From positions 38,874,001 to 38,938,000 of the forward strand of contig OZ076412.1 in NCBI GenBank assembly GCA_964187785.1: a DNA stretch of 64,000 nucleotides, in the 5' to 3' direction. A program made the translations under genes and the position numbers. The first letter of the stretch is position 1; each line of letters opens with the position of its first letter. The notes beneath the pieces are model-generated. The model was not told the origin of the DNA. It saw only the letters and a program-made list of their open reading frames with translations, and made no database searches. Below are positions 59,574 to 64,000 of this stretch, piece after piece. The stretch comes from Amphiscolops sp. MND2022. Its lineage: Eukaryota.

Positions 59574-61514
59574 AGTCACTCTCTCTTCCCCCCAGTCAAA
59601 GTCGCAGAGTGCAGCTTGATAATCGGTGAATGAGCTGATCATTGCCCACATTCTCCTGAGGACTGACAGGTCGCCGTGTTTGGGGATGTACTCTCCAATC
59701 AGACACAGCTGTGTTCGGGCTCGCGACTCGGGAGTAACTAAAGGGGCAGTTCGGCCTCGGATGAAATCGTCATAAAACGGGAAACGCTCCCCGATGTCGA
59801 CCAGTTCTTTGTGGATGAACTTCGGCAGTTCCCGCGCCAACTCAATTTTACTGAGGATTTTCCCATTACGGCCTCTGACCCGGTGCTGAATCGTCCCGCT
59901 CACAGGGTCGACACTCCTGAGGTGCTCATACCTCCACCTCTGATCCCGTCGCAGATGCTTTTCAGTCCGGTGGTGTCGGAGGATCTCAAGAGGACCTTTG
60001 GACTTAATTGAAAAGTTCTTCTTACACATATGGCACCAGACCATATGTGGGTTATGAATAGGGTCAGCGGGACCGGAAATGAAGGATCTGGTCCACCCTA
60101 TTTTGGTGAAGAACTCCTCGCGCATGGGCACACCCCTTTGGGACTGTCGTTTGGGTTTTGGGGATTTCTTGGCTCGAGTGTTTCGCCTTGACTTGCCACT
60201 CAGGGTCTGCTCCCTGACTTCAGATAAGGTAGCATCCTGACTACTAGGGTCTGTGTCTTGGCCCCTTAGGTCGTCACTTACAGCCATAGTAGCGGTTTCA
60301 GCCCAAGTGTGGCTTGAGACAGGTTTATACGATGCTGAGATCAATGCCATTTCTCCTGCGCTGTCACTCTCACCAGAAAACGACGAATCACCTGTCTCGG
60401 CATGACGTTGGGTGTCTTGGTCGTCCGATTCTCCAGACGTGAACGTCCCGGCTTCGGCATCGCTAGAATCACTTTCAGCTTGTCTGAAGGGAGTCGCGGC
60501 TCGGGCTCTCGAACGGAAGGTATCAGTCCGTGATGGCAACGCAGTTGGTCTACCTCTAACGGCATCTAGGTTCATCTGTTCCATGTTGGTATGGGACATC
60601 CTGAGAGTCTCATCGGTTAATACCCGCAGCAAATGATAAATCTGCGGCTCAGTGAAGGCTACTGTCGGGTGTCCTCGGGGAAGGTTGAAGGCCTTCTCCT
60701 CCAAGAAATAAGTCTTGAGGATAGCTCGTGACCTCCCAGACAATTCAGGCAACTGGTCATCTAGTCCCCTGGAAGTGGAAGCAATAGGGTCCTGGTGATG
60801 TGTGGTAACCGGTCCAGACTCGTCACCCGCCTCAGTTCCCGATTCGCCAATGCCGGGAATGTGTCCATACAATGCCGTTTTTCCCAGGCTGCTGGTTTCT
60901 TCCGAGGTTTTCTCCCCTTCACTCAGATCGGCTAAAAAACGGACTTTGGGTTCATTACCTTGTAAGGCAGGCACTTCATACACGGAAGAGGTATTATCAT
61001 CTTCGGATTGGGGAGCAGTCCTAGATTGGTCACCCTGGGCTTCCTCTGCCGCTGTCAACAATTCAGGATACTGTGAAGCAGAAGAAGTTGCGATTACTAG
61101 CGCAGATTCCAAAGCTGTCAGGCTCAAGTGGGATTCGTCTGTTCCTCCAACGGGGATTGGGGTGCTTGCTCCTCTAGGTATCAGGACCGCCTGATCCGTC
61201 TGCCCTTCAAGGACGTCTGGGGTCGTTAACTCTCCTTCTTCTCCGACCGTGGCTTGGTTATCTTGGCCTGCTCCTTGTTTGGATACCAGGTGCTGTACCA
61301 TGGCGTCAGCATAAGAATTAACGTCAACCTCACTAGTGGCGCTTTGTGGAGAATAAAAGGCACTGGCCGAGGCAAGGACTTCAGGAATAACATCTCTGGT
61401 CATGGGAGGTCGCGTCTGAGAAGGATCTGCAGGCAATGTCTGATCTTCAGGTGGATAATTCTCTAAACAAAAAGAGATGAAATTTGGCGGTGAGCTTCCT
61501 TGAAAGAAATCCAT
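59574..61514 (-). CDS. Antisense cargo gene, exon 1 (647 codons): acidic disordered region, basic NLS-like patch, BED-type zinc finger
   Basis: AAAATGG start context. WCHMCKKNFSIKSKGPLEILRHHRTEKH is a C2H2/BED-type finger. Perfect GTAAGT donor at 59573-59568. Confidence 0.85.
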
Positions 61515-62573
61515 TTTACCGCATTAGAAATCTCCCGGAAGTACTTGTGAAATTGAATGAAACATGTTGTCACGTGTTTGACTTTGGAAACAGGAAGCAA
61601 TCAGTGAACAGGATTTAACTCTGATCAAGTTGAAACCTTAGTTCAAAATAAATCTGAAACCAACCTGGATTAGAAGACATCCTGCTGTAGGAAATTGCCT
61701 TTTGGAGTCAGTCCCAATCTGGGCGGAATAGCCAAGACACAAGATCGAGATTGGCGGAGGAAATGGGTAGTCTCGGACGAAGCCTGGAAGAGGGGTCTAC
61801 CAGCGCAGTTGAAGGCTCGGAAGTGCGTACGAAGACTCAATAAATAAGGAATTGGATACGGAGGAATCAGGAAATAAATGGAATTGGAGTAATATGGAAT
61901 TGAAATAAAATTGAAAGATTGGAGTTCGTGGCTGAAGATTACTACCAGACTAATATTATGGATTATCTACATATTTATTATGTACATGAAGTCTGCCAGC
62001 GAAGTGTACAAAAACTTTGTTCTTTACAGCTTATTTAGTTAGAGGCCAGTTATGGCCGTTTGCCCTGTCTTGTTTTGCCGTTTCGTTCAGTTGTCTTAGT
62101 TACCTTTTAGTTAGAATTTTCGCCATCTTGGATTACTTGGATTTATTATTTTCGCCATTTTTATTATTTAATTTTGCAATTTATCGAAGCTTAAAGCTGA
62201 TTGGCTGAAGCCATTTTGAAAGAATTCCGCGTCGCGTGCCGTTAATCGCTCTCAGGCAAACTGTTTATTACCCACTTGAAACGGGTGAAGATAATATTTA
62301 CAACTCAAGCGTCATTAACACCACCTCTCAGAGTGATGGTGCTGATAGGGGGTAAACACTGAGTTATCGAAGGATGCCTACTAATTATAAAATTCCATTC
62401 AGGAATGTTTACGTCGGTTCAGGGCGATTTACCGATAACTCGACCGCCAAAAACGAATTGCCGGGAAAAGGCCCGAGTCGACTAAAATTTTGAGTTGGTA
62501 AATTCATTCCACTTTGAAATCTCACTCAAGCTAGTTAATTTTCCCAATCAGCAAAATTGCTAAGAAACTCATA
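61515..62573. promoter_or_regulatory. Candidate internal bidirectional promoter between divergent cargo genes
   Basis: 1.06-kb non-coding gap between head-to-head ATGs, with Ets CCGGAAGT at 61535-61542 and CCAAT boxes in both orientations (GATTGG near 62199, CCAATC near 62545). Confidence 0.45.
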
Positions 62574-63359
62574 ATGCAGAGGTATAACCTAACTAAAAAG
62601 CTCTTTGATCTTGAAGAAGACTCAGAAAGTTCAGTGGATTCAGTTATCTACATCTCAAGTGACAGTGAGAATGAAATCTCAAGCTCCTGGGACTCAGACT
62701 GGTCCACGGATACAGAAGAGATCATAGAAAGAATAGAACGAGAGGTGAAAGCAGCTCCAATCCCTATAGCGAGACGCGGGATGACGACGGAAGATTTAGA
62801 TGACGAGATGACAGCGGGACCAAGCAGTGCATGGCCTGTTCCTCCCTCTACCCCTAAACTGGGATTCGAGTATTTTAACAAGGAAATGTGCTTGGCCCCA
62901 TCGAAAAAACAAAGAAAATCAAAAGTCGAGCTCTGTGCAACTGTATTACCCGTTCTGGAGTCCCCACAGTCTCCTCCCGACCATGAAAGAGGACCGAGCA
63001 TTGACACCCCTCTTGCGCAGTCAACCTCTGGATCTTTCTATGCGTCCTATCATGTGCAAAATATCGAGCCTTACCAGGATGAGAGCCAAAATTTGCACAC
63101 AGGCTGTATGGTATGTGGCAAGTCGAGAGATCAAATAAAAGCAGAAAAGGTGAACTGGTACATGCAAAGATCGACACCTAGCAGTGAGCCCGCTTATATT
63201 ACCGCTCTACGACGAGAGGCTTATGAAAATGGCTTGAACGCAGGAAGCTTACTTTTCCTAACACCCGCAGTGTCGCAGGCTGCCGCCTGTGATGGTACAA
63301 GGATCACTACTACCGCAGAAGGACAGGAAATAGCGGCCGGAACTCTACCAATATATTAG
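62574..63359 (+). CDS. Accessory ORF (261 aa) of unknown function, overlapping the 3' LTR
   Basis: ATAATG start, acidic Ser-rich N-terminus with VIYISSDSE, basic KKQRK and CMVC. The last 28 codons and the stop lie inside the LTR. Confidence 0.75.
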   Translation: MQRYNLTKKLFDLEEDSESSVDSVIYISSDSENEISSSWDSDWSTDTEEIIERIEREVKAAPIPIARRGMTTEDLDDEMTAGPSSAWPVPPSTPKLGFEYFNKEMCLAPSKKQRKSKVELCATVLPVLESPQSPPDHERGPSIDTPLAQSTSGSFYASYHVQNIEPYQDESQNLHTGCMVCGKSRDQIKAEKVNWYMQRSTPSSEPAYITALRREAYENGLNAGSLLFLTPAVSQAAACDGTRITTTAEGQEIAAGTLPIY

Positions 63360-64000
63360 AGGTAAACATTAAAAACACAAACTTCGCTATTAGTTTTTTA
63401 GTCTACAAGTTGTACCTGTTATCGTTGCGAATTTTACACTTAGTATATAGTTTGTTGATATTAGTCCGTTAATGCCAACATTTGAAAATTCAGATGCTGT
63501 ATTGATAATTGTAAGAGCTAGAAGTGCAGTATGAACACGCTGTTATAGCAATAGATAGGCAGCTAGAAAGCGTAAAGGAAACGAGTTCAAGTGAACGTAA
63601 CTCCAATTCCGGAGACGTCACTTGAGCTCAACCTGTTAGCCAATCATATTCATCCATTTGAGTAATAGTAGTGCTGTATTTAATTAATGGCCGGTTTAGG
63701 CCATATGCCGGAATTTCACCTTTATCTATTGGCGCTTTAGTCAAACGGCCGGTTCCGGCCTTAATGTTCAGATGAAAGAATATTAATGCAAGCACTGTTG
63801 TGTTTCGTTTAATAGTAGTCTAATCACGTTGCTGTACTAATTAAACGTTCATTTTAGCTAATTGGCGCTTTATTTTATCCATTCCAATATTAGGCCGAAT
63901 AAGGCCATTTGCCTGACTTCTATCCTCTGTTGCTGTGACCAATTGGACAGTGGCCAGTTGAGGCCCCTTTTCAATACTATTATTCAGATGCTAATTACAA
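63271..64000 (+). repeat. 3' LTR (truncated by window edge)
   Basis: Near-identical to 48703-49432, differing at 63393, 63758 and 63956. Confidence 0.95.

Larger units (their letters stand above)
48703..64000 (+). mobile_element. Large young Ty3/Gypsy LTR retrotransposon with accessory-gene cargo (at least 15.3 kb, runs off window)
   Basis: Direct repeats at 48703 and 63271, gag, PR-RT-RH-IN domain order, and two extra genes between IN and the 3' LTR. Confidence 0.95.

Noticed and set aside
50448-62208. Numerous short ORFs overlapping gag, pol and the cargo genes in other frames or strands
   Set aside because: Shadow ORFs of long coding regions, with no independent motifs or start context.
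57204-63359. env gene in the post-integrase position
   Set aside because: No signal peptide, furin site or transmembrane anchor. The larger gene is antisense and hAT-like.
48703-64000. DIRS/tyrosine-recombinase element as an explanation for the missing PBS and PPT
   Set aside because: It has direct LTRs, an aspartic protease and a DDE integrase in Gypsy order.

Overview
AT-rich, repeat-dense eukaryotic (animal-like) DNA with spliceosomal introns and no prokaryotic features. Positions 1-48,700 are mostly transposon debris. This includes the 5' end of a BEL/Pao retrotransposon, a Tc1 remnant, about 11 copies of a Helentron-like (HINE/DINE-1-type) element, hAT- and EnSpm-type MITEs (some nested), gag and integrase fragments, and a perfect 77-bp x5 tandem. 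A few candidate host exons are present; the best looks like exon 1 of a Cys-loop ligand-gated ion channel. Positions 48,703-64,000 hold the main finding: a young Ty3/Gypsy LTR retrotransposon of at least 15.3 kb (3 substitutions over 730 aligned LTR bases). Besides gag and pol it carries about 6 kb of extra cargo. The first cargo gene is antisense and intron-containing (4-5 exons, all phase-0 GT-AG junctions, about 1260-1290 aa). It encodes a long acidic disordered N-terminus, a BED-type zinc finger and a full-length hAT transposase fold whose catalytic motifs appear degenerate. The second is a divergently oriented 261-aa ORF with a SUMO-interacting-motif-like segment that runs into the 3' LTR. 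All protein family calls come from manual motif comparison, not database searches.
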